A stretch of 64,000 bases of DNA from an uncultured Acidobacteriota bacterium (GCA_964617125.1 CAZTVS010000001.1:14296-78295); one strand, 5' to 3'; counted from the first letter of the stretch, positions 49,845 through 60,114 are shown. The notes: generated by a model from the sequence alone, not told the origin. Translations and numbers: made by a program.

Positions 49845-52800
49845 ATGAAAAAGTATTTTGCATTCCTTTGCCTTTTCCTGCTCACTTCTGTTTTTCTTCC
49901 GGCCCAGTCTTCTTCCCGGGAGGCCCAATTCATGAGCTATCCGGACATTCATGGGGAGCGTCTGGTCTTCACTTGGGAAGACGATCTCTGGATAGGGACC
50001 ACGGATGGCGGTCCTGCACGTCGAATCACCACTCATCCGGGGGCAGAAATCATGGCCCGTTTCTCGCCGGACGGGAAATGGATCGCATTTTCCGCGGCCT
50101 ATGATCAGATTCAGGATATCTACATCATCCCCAGTGAAGGCGGGGTACCCAGAAGATTGACCTATTTTCCCTCTCCGGTGTGGTGTGTCGGTTGGACTCC
50201 GGATAGTCAGAAAGTCGTATTTCGGAGCAGGTATGGCGTGAGTCCGGTTTCGCGGGACGCGAGGCTGTTCCAGGTGGACCTGAACGGAGGCATTCCGGAT
50301 CCGTTACCTGTGGATCGGGGTGTTTCCTGCAGCTTCTCGGAAGATGGAAAACGATTGATTTACGTACGCAAGGGAATGGAGGATTATTACTGGAAAAGGT
50401 ATAAAGGAGGACGTTATACCGATATCTGGATGGCCGATTTTACGCAAAAGTCCTACACCCCGGTCACCGATTACGTCGGCAAGAATGCCTATCCACTCTG
50501 GATCGGGGATCTTCTCTACTTCGGTTCCGATCGTGGCAAGGACGGCATTACCAACTTGTATTCCTTAAATCTGAAGAACAAGGAGCTGCGCCAGATAACC
50601 CGGCACACCGATTTCGATGTGCTTTGGCCTTCCACGGATAGAAAAAACATCGTGTATGTACAGAACGGGTCCCTGTTTGTCTTGGATCCCAAGAAGGGGA
50701 ACGCAAAGAAAATCTCCTTTATCCTGGCATCTGACGAATGGAAAATGCAGCCTCGTTGGACCCATCCCTCCGCCTATATACAGGACACGGACATCGGGAA
50801 CGATGGAAAGCATATCTTGTTGACCGCCCGTGGGGATCTCTATCACCTGCAGTTGCGCGATCAAGAGACCCGCACACGGGACCTGACCCCTTCGTGCGCC
50901 AGCAGGGAACGATATGGACGGATTTCCCCCGACGGGAAGACCGTGGCTTTTTTTTCCGACCGTAGCGGTGAATACCAGCTCTATTTACAGGATGTATCGG
51001 GTGGGGAATGGAGACCCTTGACCGAGAATCTGGATCGGACCATGTACCATCTGGAGTGGTCCCCCGACGGAAAGAAAATCCTATTCGGCAGTAAGGATTT
51101 TGACCTGTTGGTGGTGGAGGTCGCAGATAAGAAAACGGTAAAAATTGAAGGCAGGCGGTTTCTGGATAACGATGAATTCGTGTGGGAGGTGAGCGATTAT
51201 GCCTGGTCGCCGGACAGCCGTTGGATCGCCTATTCTCTTCCCGGAGAAAATCGAAATAATACCATCTGGCTTTACGACACTCAGAAAAACGAAAAAATCC
51301 AACTGACGGACGAATTTTACGAAAACATGAATCCACGCTGGGATGCAGCGGGTGGTTATCTCTACTTCCTGTCCTATCGTAATTTTCAGATCACTATGGA
51401 CATGTTTGAAGACAACCATATCGTTGGGCATCCGGTACAGGTGATGGCTGTATCTTTACGCGCGGGTGAAAAACCGATGTATGCAAAAAATCATGCCCGG
51501 ATCGGGAAGGATCAGGAAACATCACAGGAGGGAGAAAAAAAGGCAGAGCCTGCTGAAGGAGAACGGTATCGGATAGATATGGACGGAATCCAGAAAAGGA
51601 TCTTTGCCCTTGCGGTCCCGGCAGGGAATTACTTCCATCTGCTGGCCGGGAAAAATTACGTCGGATGGTACTCTGTGGATCGTTTTACCGAGCAGGAATA
51701 TGAGGATATGAACGTCATGCAGGGAGATACCAAATGGGATTTCCATCTCTATTCCATGAAAGAGGATAAAGAAATCCAGCTGGAAGAAAAAATTGCCGGT
51801 GCCCGTGTGTCGGTCAATGGGGAACACCTGCTGATTCAAAAGGGGAAGAATATTTCGGTGATTTCCACCCGGGAAGCCTACCAGACAAAGAAGACGGGTA
51901 AACCGGTCGATTTGTCCGGAATGAATTATCGGGTGGTGCCGCAAGAGGAATGGCTTCAGATCTTTCAGGATGCCTGGCGGTGGTACCGGGATTTCTTCTA
52001 TGACGCGGACATGCACGGGCAAAATTGGAAGGCGATCGGAGAGAAATTCCGATCTGTTCTCAAGAATATACGGTCGCGCGAGCAACTGAATTGGCTTCTC
52101 TCGGAGATGGTCGGGGAATTGTGTGTATCTCATACCTATGTTTCGGGCGGGGAGACCTATCCGCCGGTTTCCCAGGAACAAGTCAAATTCACGGGGCTTC
52201 TGGGCGCCGATCTCGTCTCCGACACCTCCAGCGGACTGTACCGCTTTGCTCGAATCTATGGACCGACTGACTATTTCAGCCAGGTGGAAACTCCACTGGT
52301 GCGGCCGGATATACGATTGCGTGAGGGAGACTACCTGCTGGCGATCAATGGAAGAGAAATCAGGGCCGGAGAGAATTATTATCGGGATCTGCAGGTCGGA
52401 AAAGAGGAGTATATTCAAATCACGGTCAATGACCGCCCTGATAAAGAAGGAGCGTTGACCTATGAGGTGAAACCGCTAAGGTCCGATCGAAATGCCCGTT
52501 ACGCCCGATGGGTCTCGGACAATATCGACAAAGTGGCCGCCGCTTCCAACGGCAAGATGGGCTATATGCACATCACAGCCATGGGTGGGGACGGGATCAT
52601 GCAGTTTGACAAGTTTTGGCGGGCCTTCCGCTACAAGGACGGAATTATCATCGATGTTCGTGGCAATGGTGGAGGGTGGACCGAGTACTTTCTAATTGAC
52701 AAGTTGGAACGACGCCAGGTGGCCTACAATGTTCTGAAGGGTATGGCACCCTATCGCTATCCGAACTCCGCCTCCAGGGCCCATTATGTGTTGATATCCA

Positions 52801-53150
52801 ATGAGGACAACGGATCCGATGGAGAGGCCTTTGTGGAGCATTTCAAGGCGCGCAAGCTGGGGACGGTCGTTGGAGTGCCTTCCTGGGGAGGCTTGGTCGG
52901 TATTGTCAATGCCCAGCGGACTGTGGATAACGGTATTGTACAGCAATCTAACAATGCCTTTTTCGGCAGGGAAGGAAAATGGCTGGTGGAAAATCATGGC
53001 GCCGACCCGGATATTTTGCAGGATAATGATCCGGCATCCGTCCTGTTGGGCAAGGATCTGCAATTGGAAAAGGCCATCGAAACCGCAAAGAAAAAAATAG
53101 CGGAGGAGCCCTGGAGTTTCCCCCAACGGCCGGCGTATCCGAAGAGGTAA
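49845..53150 (+). CDS. Tricorn protease homolog (beta-propellers + PDZ + S41 peptidase domain), secreted/periplasmic
   Basis: Signal peptide. TolB-like WD repeats (FSPDGKWIAF, WSPDGKKILF). C-terminal S41 region GYMHITAMGG...IIDVRGNGGG. 1101 aa. Confidence 0.7.
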   Translation: MKKYFAFLCLFLLTSVFLPAQSSSREAQFMSYPDIHGERLVFTWEDDLWIGTTDGGPARRITTHPGAEIMARFSPDGKWIAFSAAYDQIQDIYIIPSEGGVPRRLTYFPSPVWCVGWTPDSQKVVFRSRYGVSPVSRDARLFQVDLNGGIPDPLPVDRGVSCSFSEDGKRLIYVRKGMEDYYWKRYKGGRYTDIWMADFTQKSYTPVTDYVGKNAYPLWIGDLLYFGSDRGKDGITNLYSLNLKNKELRQITRHTDFDVLWPSTDRKNIVYVQNGSLFVLDPKKGNAKKISFILASDEWKMQPRWTHPSAYIQDTDIGNDGKHILLTARGDLYHLQLRDQETRTRDLTPSCASRERYGRISPDGKTVAFFSDRSGEYQLYLQDVSGGEWRPLTENLDRTMYHLEWSPDGKKILFGSKDFDLLVVEVADKKTVKIEGRRFLDNDEFVWEVSDYAWSPDSRWIAYSLPGENRNNTIWLYDTQKNEKIQLTDEFYENMNPRWDAAGGYLYFLSYRNFQITMDMFEDNHIVGHPVQVMAVSLRAGEKPMYAKNHARIGKDQETSQEGEKKAEPAEGERYRIDMDGIQKRIFALAVPAGNYFHLLAGKNYVGWYSVDRFTEQEYEDMNVMQGDTKWDFHLYSMKEDKEIQLEEKIAGARVSVNGEHLLIQKGKNISVISTREAYQTKKTGKPVDLSGMNYRVVPQEEWLQIFQDAWRWYRDFFYDADMHGQNWKAIGEKFRSVLKNIRSREQLNWLLSEMVGELCVSHTYVSGGETYPPVSQEQVKFTGLLGADLVSDTSSGLYRFARIYGPTDYFSQVETPLVRPDIRLREGDYLLAINGREIRAGENYYRDLQVGKEEYIQITVNDRPDKEGALTYEVKPLRSDRNARYARWVSDNIDKVAAASNGKMGYMHITAMGGDGIMQFDKFWRAFRYKDGIIIDVRGNGGGWTEYFLIDKLERRQVAYNVLKGMAPYRYPNSASRAHYVLISNEDNGSDGEAFVEHFKARKLGTVVGVPSWGGLVGIVNAQRTVDNGIVQQSNNAFFGREGKWLVENHGADPDILQDNDPASVLLGKDLQLEKAIETAKKKIAEEPWSFPQRPAYPKR

Positions 53151-53195
53151 AGTATCTTGGCTATTTTGCGAATCTGCCAAACCTCTTGACCCGGA

Positions 53196-54053
53196 ATGTT
53201 GCCAAAGAGATTCGAATCATTTTTTCCTAGGAGCCATGTGAATAAAAATCGTATTGTATGGACTATTGCCGTTCTCCTGACGATCTTTCTGGTGATCTGG
53301 CAAAGGAGAACGGGGCCGACATACCCCCTCCGGGGAGAATTGGAATTGGGCGGTAAAAACTATTCCTATAGCCTTCCCCGCAGCCATGCGGAGCCGTCTC
53401 CGTGTCCGGTACGCCTGCAGAATTTCCAGGAAAACCATATACAAGCCGTGTTGGTTTTCAGACGGGTAGGTGTGGAAGAACCATGGACCCGTGTCTCTAT
53501 GCTTCCTTCGGCGGAAGGACTGCTGGCTGAAATTCCCTTACAGCCAAAAGCCGGAAAAGTCGCCTACTTCATCGAGGTGGAGCAATCGGGAAGAAAACAT
53601 AGTGTTGGCGATGAACGGAATCCGGTGGTTGTCCGGTTCCGGGGCAGTGTACCTGTGTGGATTGTCTTGCCTCATATTTTGTGCATTTTCCTTGCCTTCC
53701 TTTATGCTCTAGTAGCCGGACTGAAAGCCTCCTTGGGCCTGGAGGGATATCTGTCTGCCGCCCGAATCGGTATACTTTTCTTGTTCCTCGGCGGATTTCT
53801 TTTTGGCCCTTGGATGCAGAAATATGCCTTCGACGTTTATTGGGCCGGTTTTCCCAGTGGCCAGGATTTGACGGATAACAAGACCCTAATCGCCCTTCTT
53901 GGATGGATCGTTGCTCTGGCCATGAATCACAGGAAACCGCGGCCGATATGGATTGTTTCTGCCGCCTTGTTGATGCTTCTGGTGTTTTTAATTCCGCACA
54001 GCACATTCGGTTCCACTCTGGATTATTCCACCATGCAGGTGAAAACCGGGTGA
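53196..54053 (+). CDS. Hypothetical polytopic membrane protein
   Basis: Several hydrophobic helices (IVLPHILCIFLAFLYALVAG, ILFLFLGGFLFGPW, IWIVSAALLMLLVFLI). No motif. Confidence 0.4.
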   Translation: MLPKRFESFFPRSHVNKNRIVWTIAVLLTIFLVIWQRRTGPTYPLRGELELGGKNYSYSLPRSHAEPSPCPVRLQNFQENHIQAVLVFRRVGVEEPWTRVSMLPSAEGLLAEIPLQPKAGKVAYFIEVEQSGRKHSVGDERNPVVVRFRGSVPVWIVLPHILCIFLAFLYALVAGLKASLGLEGYLSAARIGILFLFLGGFLFGPWMQKYAFDVYWAGFPSGQDLTDNKTLIALLGWIVALAMNHRKPRPIWIVSAALLMLLVFLIPHSTFGSTLDYSTMQVKTG

Positions 54054-54145
54054 AGAAAAGAAACGGTCAGGAAGGGTGGATTAAGGTATAATCATGCCCT
54101 TCATGAAACGTCGCAATACCAATTTTGCAATGGGAAAAGACTGTT

Positions 54146-55690
54146 ATGTCGATCAGAAAAAAGATATATGATTTTTTTAGCAGGGTAGAGAAAATTAAAG
54201 ATGGCGGGGGGCAGCAGGCCAGGGAAAAGCAGGCTGCTCAGGGCAAGATGACTGCCCGCGAACGGATTCGCACTCTGCTGGATGCAGATTCCTTCCACGA
54301 ATATGATCTTTTCGTTGAACACAAGGCAAAAGATTTCGGAATGGAGAAAAAGCAGCTGCCCGGTGATGGTGTAGTTACAGGTACAGGAAAGATTGGCGGA
54401 GCTCCGGTAGGGATCTTTGCCCAGGATTTTACGGTTGCCGGAGGTTCGCTGGGTCTGGCCCATGCACGTAAGATCACCAAGATCATGGATCATGCCATGA
54501 AGATGGGCATACCTCTCATCGGGATCAACGATTCCGGAGGAGCCCGCATCCAGGAGGGGGTCAACTCTCTTGCGGGATATGGCGAGATCTTTTATCGCAA
54601 TACGCTGGCATCCGGTGTCATTCCCCAGATATCCGTGATTCTGGGCCCATGTGCCGGAGGAGCGGTCTATTCGCCGGCACTTACCGATTTCGTTTTTGTC
54701 GTTGACAAGATCTCCAAAATGTTCATTACCGGTCCGGAAGTGATCAAGACCGTACTGGGAGAAGAGATATCGATGGAAGATTTAGGCGGAGCCCGGGCTC
54801 ATACCGAGATCTCCGGCAACGCCCATTTTTTCGCAAAAAGCGAAATGGAGTGTTTTGATCAGATTAAAAAGCTGATTACCTTCATCCCCTGGTGCAATAC
54901 CAGAAAAGCTCTTTCTGTACCATCACTGCCTCCGCGGCAGGAGTATGAGGTGGAAAAGATCATACCCTCCGACGCTAAACAGCCATATGACGTGCGGAAT
55001 ATTATACGCGCCATATGCGACGACTCCGATTTTTTCGAGGTGCAACAAAATTTTGCCGCCAATGTCATTGTTGGATTTTCCCGTCTCAAAGGGGAAACGG
55101 TAGGCGTGGTAGCCAATCAACCGATGGTATTGGCCGGCGTCCTGGATGTGGACTCCTCCGATAAAGCCGCCCGCTTCATCCGTTACTGCGATGCCTTCAA
55201 CATTCCCCTGATCACATTTGTCGATCTGCCGGGATATCTGCCCGGCGTCGATCAGGAACATGCCGGGGTGATCCGTCACGGAGCCAAAGTTTTATACGCC
55301 TATAGCGAGGCCAGTGTCCCCAAGATTACGGTGATCCTTCGCAAGGCATATGGAGGAGGATACATCGCCATGTGCTCCCGCCATTTGGGCGCGGATTTTG
55401 TTTTTGCCTGGCCGACAGCGGAAATCGCCGTGATGGGTCCGGAAGGAGCGGCCAATATCATTTTCCGTAATGAGATCGTGACGGCCAAAGATCCGGAGGC
55501 TGTACGCAAAGAAAAAGTATTGGAATATACGGAGAAATTTGCCAATCCATACATCGCCGCCGCCAACGGACATATTGACGCTGTGATCAGCCCCCAGGAG
55601 ACGCGTGACTTCCTGATTCATGCCTTAGAGGTGTCGACCCATAAAGCCGAGACGCGTCCTACGAAAAAGCATGGAATCCCGCCATTTTGA
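54146..55690 (+). CDS. Methylmalonyl-CoA carboxyltransferase 12S subunit / propionyl-CoA carboxylase beta-type carboxyltransferase
   Basis: MTARERIRTLLDADSFHEYD...GDGVVTGTGKIGG...FAQDFTVAGGSLG matches the PCCB/12S family. Start could be 54125. Confidence 0.8.
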   Translation: MSIRKKIYDFFSRVEKIKDGGGQQAREKQAAQGKMTARERIRTLLDADSFHEYDLFVEHKAKDFGMEKKQLPGDGVVTGTGKIGGAPVGIFAQDFTVAGGSLGLAHARKITKIMDHAMKMGIPLIGINDSGGARIQEGVNSLAGYGEIFYRNTLASGVIPQISVILGPCAGGAVYSPALTDFVFVVDKISKMFITGPEVIKTVLGEEISMEDLGGARAHTEISGNAHFFAKSEMECFDQIKKLITFIPWCNTRKALSVPSLPPRQEYEVEKIIPSDAKQPYDVRNIIRAICDDSDFFEVQQNFAANVIVGFSRLKGETVGVVANQPMVLAGVLDVDSSDKAARFIRYCDAFNIPLITFVDLPGYLPGVDQEHAGVIRHGAKVLYAYSEASVPKITVILRKAYGGGYIAMCSRHLGADFVFAWPTAEIAVMGPEGAANIIFRNEIVTAKDPEAVRKEKVLEYTEKFANPYIAAANGHIDAVISPQETRDFLIHALEVSTHKAETRPTKKHGIPPF

Positions 55691-55700
55691 GAGAGGTGTT

Positions 55701-56021
55701 ATGATCGATACCGGCAAATTTATTCAATTGGAAGTGGACGATGCTCCTTATCAAACCTTCACCACTTGCAAATTTGAAAAACGGAAAAGTTACGTTAAGA
55801 AGGATCCGAAGAAAATCAGCGCCTTCATTCCAGGAGTCGTGCTTCAGATTTGCTGTGAGGCAGGTCAAACCATAAGACAGGGCGAAACGCTGTTGGTCTT
55901 GGAAGCCATGAAGATGAGAAATGCCATTCTCGCGCCTGTCAACGGGACGGTGCGGGGAATATTCGTAAAAGCCGGAGATAAGGTGTCCAAGGGGAAATTG
56001 TTGCTGGAATTGAAGGGATGA
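55701..56021 (+). CDS. Biotin carboxyl carrier protein (1.3S-like biotinyl subunit)
   Basis: Biotinylation motif EAMKM within VLEAMKMRNAILAPVNGTV. SD GAGAGG upstream of ATG 55701. Confidence 0.75.
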   Translation: MIDTGKFIQLEVDDAPYQTFTTCKFEKRKSYVKKDPKKISAFIPGVVLQICCEAGQTIRQGETLLVLEAMKMRNAILAPVNGTVRGIFVKAGDKVSKGKLLLELKG

Positions 56022-56041
56022 CCCGTCGGCAGTAAAACAAA

Positions 56042-57298
56042 TCATCCCTCCAGGCGGAAGCGCATCTTCAATATGCGTCTTCCGTCGGATTCCAGGATGT
56101 CCACCACAAAATTCTTGAAGGGGAACTGTTCTTCCGCTTTGGGAACATGTCCCAGTTGATGCACCATCAACCCGGATACGGTGGCAAAATCGTTGACTTC
56201 CATATCCAGATGCAGGCGTTCATTCAGCAGGTTGGGCGCAGCATCTCCACGAACGGTAAAAATTCCACATCCTTCCTCACGGATGCTCTCCTCGGAATGA
56301 TCGTCTTCATCCCGAATTTCGCCGACGATCTCTTGCAGGAGGTCGGAGATGGTTACCAGTCCGGCAATCCCGCCAAATTCGTCGAATACGATAGCCATAG
56401 GAATCTTCTGGGCTTGAAGTTCCTTGAGCAGTTCGTGCACCTTTTTCGTTTCGGGGACAAAGGGAAGGGGAGTGATATGATCCTTGACCGGTGTTTCATA
56501 CCCATTGCCTTCGGAAAAAGCCAGAGTCTGGCGAATGTTTACCATTCCCAGGAGATTGTCGATCTGACCGCTGTAGATCAGGATCCGTGTATGCTTGGTC
56601 TTGAGCATTAGCTCACGGACCTCTCCGAAGGTGCTGGTGTCAGGTAAGGCACAAATTTCGATCCTGGGTGTCATGACCGTGTGCACCAGAGTGTTGCCAA
56701 ACTCCACCACGGATTGAATCATTTCGCTGTCATGCTCTTCCAGAATTCCTTGTTCTTCTCCCACGTCGAGGTATGCCTGGATTTCTTCTTCCGAGGCGGC
56801 CTCTTCTTCCCCATTTCTTTCTTCATTTTTTTCCCGGATACTGGAACGTTCCCAGGAGGTCAGGAGAGGCCAAAGGAAGGGACGCATCAAGAAAAAAAAG
56901 GATTTCAAAATCGGTAGAAGAACCAGTAGAAACTGTTCCGGCAAACGAAAAACCAGAAAGTGGGGAAGAATATGGCGGACCAGAAACACAATCAGGCCGG
57001 TGGTGACAAAAGACCAAAAAAGAGCGAAATTCTGCAGATGCTGCAGGGAATAATAGGTGGTCAAAATGGCAATCACCACGATGACGAATTGAGAACCGAT
57101 ACGCAAATGCAGCTGAACCCGCAAGGGATTGTCGGCAAGTTTTTTCAGCATGGTTTCCTGTCGGTGTCTTTCCTGTTCGGCGAGTACTTTCAACTGAACC
57201 GGAGTCAGGTGGGAAATGGCCGCATCTACCAGAGACAGGAAAAACAGCAGCAGGATCAACAAAAAGAGAAAAAGGATAAGAAGAGATAAATGTTCCAC
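56042..57298 (-). CDS. corC: CNNM/CorC/HlyC-family transporter (DUF21 + CBS pair + CorC_HlyC)
   Basis: N-terminal 4-TM DUF21, CBS-pair region, and C-terminal transporter-associated domain. Conserved ybeY-corC synteny. Confidence 0.75.
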   Translation of the reverse strand: MEHLSLLILFLFLLILLLFFLSLVDAAISHLTPVQLKVLAEQERHRQETMLKKLADNPLRVQLHLRIGSQFVIVVIAILTTYYSLQHLQNFALFWSFVTTGLIVFLVRHILPHFLVFRLPEQFLLVLLPILKSFFFLMRPFLWPLLTSWERSSIREKNEERNGEEEAASEEEIQAYLDVGEEQGILEEHDSEMIQSVVEFGNTLVHTVMTPRIEICALPDTSTFGEVRELMLKTKHTRILIYSGQIDNLLGMVNIRQTLAFSEGNGYETPVKDHITPLPFVPETKKVHELLKELQAQKIPMAIVFDEFGGIAGLVTISDLLQEIVGEIRDEDDHSEESIREEGCGIFTVRGDAAPNLLNERLHLDMEVNDFATVSGLMVHQLGHVPKAEEQFPFKNFVVDILESDGRRILKMRFRLEG

Positions 57299-57300
57299 GG

Positions 57301-57717
57301 CTATTCCATAAGAGAGACGACAGATCGGAGATGATATTCCAGACGACGCATCTGGCCCTGGTCCGTATCATGATCGTGCCCGGCGAGATGCAGTATCCCA
57401 TGGAGCACCAGCCAGCCGATTTCCTTTTGTACGGAATGTTTCTCTTGCCGGGCATTTCTTGCCGCATCGGGCAGAGAGATGACGATATCGCCCAGATGTC
57501 CGGGAAGACCGCTGCCGTCGAAGGAGAGGACATCGGTGGAACGATCGACGCCGCGATATCGGCGGTTCAGGCTTCTCATCCGGTGTTCTCCAATAAAAAC
57601 CAGGGAGAGGGATTGAGGCGTAATTTTGAGTCGGAGCGTGAGATCCTTCACCATACGGCGAAGACGGGTCTCCGGCAAACTGTATTTTCTTTGATGATTC
57701 TGTATGTCGATTTCCAT
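57301..57717 (-). CDS. ybeY: Endoribonuclease YbeY
   Basis: HGILHLAGHDHD zinc-binding motif. Confidence 0.85.
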   Translation of the reverse strand: MEIDIQNHQRKYSLPETRLRRMVKDLTLRLKITPQSLSLVFIGEHRMRSLNRRYRGVDRSTDVLSFDGSGLPGHLGDIVISLPDAARNARQEKHSVQKEIGWLVLHGILHLAGHDHDTDQGQMRRLEYHLRSVVSLME

Positions 57718-57722
57718 GGATA

Positions 57723-60059
57723 TTATGAAGACGAATTCTGTTTCATATCGTTGCTTCCTTGAAAATTATAACCGGGATATTCGATGCGATGGTGAAACAT
57801 ACCGCAGAGTACCTTCAGGAGGCTTTCTTCTATTAATTTTAAATCCTTCATGGTAATGTCACATTCATCGAGCTGTTCATCTTCGATCACGGAATGTAGG
57901 ATGCGTTGAATCATTCCTTGAATCTGGGCAATCGTCGGATCCTCCAGAGTCCGGGATGCGGCCTCCACCGAGTCCACGATCATCAGGATAGCGGCCTCTT
58001 TCGTCTGGGGTTTGGGGCCGGGATAACGAAAGGAATCCTCATGGATATCCTGTTCCTGGGTTCTGGGATCCGATTTGGCCTTCTGTAAAAAGTAGGACAT
58101 AATCCGGGTGCCGTGGTGTTGCGGAATCATGTCGAGTATCGGTTGTGGGATCCTCATGGACTGCGCCATTTCCAGTCCTTCCTTGACATGACTGGTCAAA
58201 ACCATGCGGCTTAGATGTGGCGACAGGTTTCCATGTTTATTGGAGGTATACACCTGGTTTTCAACAAAGTATTCGGATTTGCCAACTTTGCCGATGTCGT
58301 GATAATAGGCACCAACCCTCACCAATAAAGGGTTGGCGCCAATCGCCTCTGCGGCGGCCTCGCCCAGCGTACCCACGGAAATACTATGATGATAGGTTCC
58401 CGGTGCATCCAGCGCCAGCCGGCGCAGCAACGGATTTTGCAGATTGGCCAGTTCCAGAAGTCGGAGATCGGTGGTGATATGGAAAATGGTTTCCAGGGCC
58501 GGAAGCAGCATCGATGCCAGCATGCAGGCAAAAAGACCGCTGAACAAGCCTCCGATACTCCTGACCATCAGGACATAAACCTGGTCATGCTGAGCTTGGA
58601 CCAGGAACAGGCCGAAGGCCGTCATCGCATTGACGATTCCGATGCTCAAACCGAGTCTTAAAATGGCCGTACGCTCCTTATACTTTCGGATACCGAAAAC
58701 GGCCGTCAGCCCACCGAAGATGGAAAAAACAGATAGGGTGATGTCATCGGTCGGTATGCCTATGAAAATGGAGAAAGACAACAGGAAAAAGAGCGCGATA
58801 TTGGTATCTGCCAGCAGGCTGATGAGAATGGCGCCAAAAGAAAACGGTATGGCAAAGTACAGGTCCGTCGGCTCCTGAAAAAATTGGATATTGGTCCGTT
58901 CACTGAGAATGCCGCAGAGATTGAAAAGAATTCGACTCAGAAAGAGGGAAGAAAGCAGGGTGATCCAAAAAAGCAGGAAATTGGTGCGGAATTTCTTTCC
59001 GTTTTTATAGAAATGGCGTGTGTATCTCCAGGAAACGTAGAGATACATGGTGATCAGAACAAATAAGCCGGTAAGTTGGGCTGCTATTTCCTGGGGTTGG
59101 TCGCGCTTCCTAATTTCCTGAATGGCCAGAAGGTCTACGGGTGAAATCTCATCGCCTTGCCGGACGATGATCCTTCCTCTCTTGAAATGATGGGAAATGG
59201 TTTCCACTTTCTGTGCGGCGTTCAGGCGACGTTTATCGGTTTCATCGGAATCGAAAAGGATATTGGGTTGAAGGTAGCGGTCCAGAAACTCCGAAAGTCC
59301 GTGTCGTTCCTCCGGGGTTAGGTGCACCAGTTCGGATAAGCGTTGACGGAGTTCGGAGCGTACCTGCCGGAAATTATGGAGAGAGCGGAGGTCACGGACC
59401 AATATTTCTTCACGATTGTCGGCCCGAATGAGAATGGCGCCGTTATTTTGTATGGCGGCAGACTGATCCCGCTCCTCGATCATTCCATTTTGCATCACTT
59501 CGATAAGGATTCCCGCCAGGTCCGATTCCAGATTTTCAGCAAAGCGTCGGTGAAAAAAAAGCAACAAAGAGGATGTCGGGATCTGACGAGGGGAAAAATC
59601 GGAGACTACCAGACTCCAGAGTGCCCGGTGACGAACTTCATCGAGGGCGGCAGGAAGTTGGGTGCGTTTGTTTTCTTCATATTGCCGCAAAAGAGATCGG
59701 CCTTGGGAAAAAAGAAGATGAAGCTCGTTGGCTGCGGCGGTAACGGAAGTCGTGTCCCAGCGGAAGATGGCAGGAACGGAAGAAATGGATTCCGCCCGTT
59801 TCTTTTCTGTCGCCGTCGGGTCGGAGATGGTGATTTCCTGTGTGGCCCGAATGTCCGTCTCGACAATGTCGCCGACTTTATACTCCTTGATCGATTGAAA
59901 ACGACCGGTGACAATGATCGCCGAAAGCAGAAAAGAAAATAGAATTCCGGTGAGAAGTTCTTTCCAGGTAAGAGAACAGAGCAGATTGTCCAGTGCTCCG
60001 CTGAGATAATGATAGGAGCGCAGAGCGAAGGAAGTTCCATTTCGATTAGAAGGCGTCAT
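57723..60059 (-). CDS. 7TM receptor with intracellular HD (HDIG) phosphohydrolase domain (PgpH/YqfF-like)
   Basis: 7TMR-HDED extracellular region, 7 TM helices, and HD domain (HDIGK). Start set at ATG 60059 (MTPSN). The ORF-track start at 60080 is GTG and overlaps the etfA terminator. Confidence 0.75.
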   Translation of the reverse strand: MTPSNRNGTSFALRSYHYLSGALDNLLCSLTWKELLTGILFSFLLSAIIVTGRFQSIKEYKVGDIVETDIRATQEITISDPTATEKKRAESISSVPAIFRWDTTSVTAAANELHLLFSQGRSLLRQYEENKRTQLPAALDEVRHRALWSLVVSDFSPRQIPTSSLLLFFHRRFAENLESDLAGILIEVMQNGMIEERDQSAAIQNNGAILIRADNREEILVRDLRSLHNFRQVRSELRQRLSELVHLTPEERHGLSEFLDRYLQPNILFDSDETDKRRLNAAQKVETISHHFKRGRIIVRQGDEISPVDLLAIQEIRKRDQPQEIAAQLTGLFVLITMYLYVSWRYTRHFYKNGKKFRTNFLLFWITLLSSLFLSRILFNLCGILSERTNIQFFQEPTDLYFAIPFSFGAILISLLADTNIALFFLLSFSIFIGIPTDDITLSVFSIFGGLTAVFGIRKYKERTAILRLGLSIGIVNAMTAFGLFLVQAQHDQVYVLMVRSIGGLFSGLFACMLASMLLPALETIFHITTDLRLLELANLQNPLLRRLALDAPGTYHHSISVGTLGEAAAEAIGANPLLVRVGAYYHDIGKVGKSEYFVENQVYTSNKHGNLSPHLSRMVLTSHVKEGLEMAQSMRIPQPILDMIPQHHGTRIMSYFLQKAKSDPRTQEQDIHEDSFRYPGPKPQTKEAAILMIVDSVEAASRTLEDPTIAQIQGMIQRILHSVIEDEQLDECDITMKDLKLIEESLLKVLCGMFHHRIEYPGYNFQGSNDMKQNSSS

Positions 60060-60062
60060 AAC

Positions 60063-60114
60063 AAAAAAAACGTCTCGCACGGAATTTCAGGATTGGAAAA
60101 TCCGCAGCGAGACG
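60063..60114 (-). terminator. Rho-independent terminator of etfBA/fabF transcript
   Basis: Minus strand: GCGAGACG...CGTCTCGC stem (with inner hairpin) followed by T8 (plus-strand A8 at 60063-60070). Confidence 0.6.
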
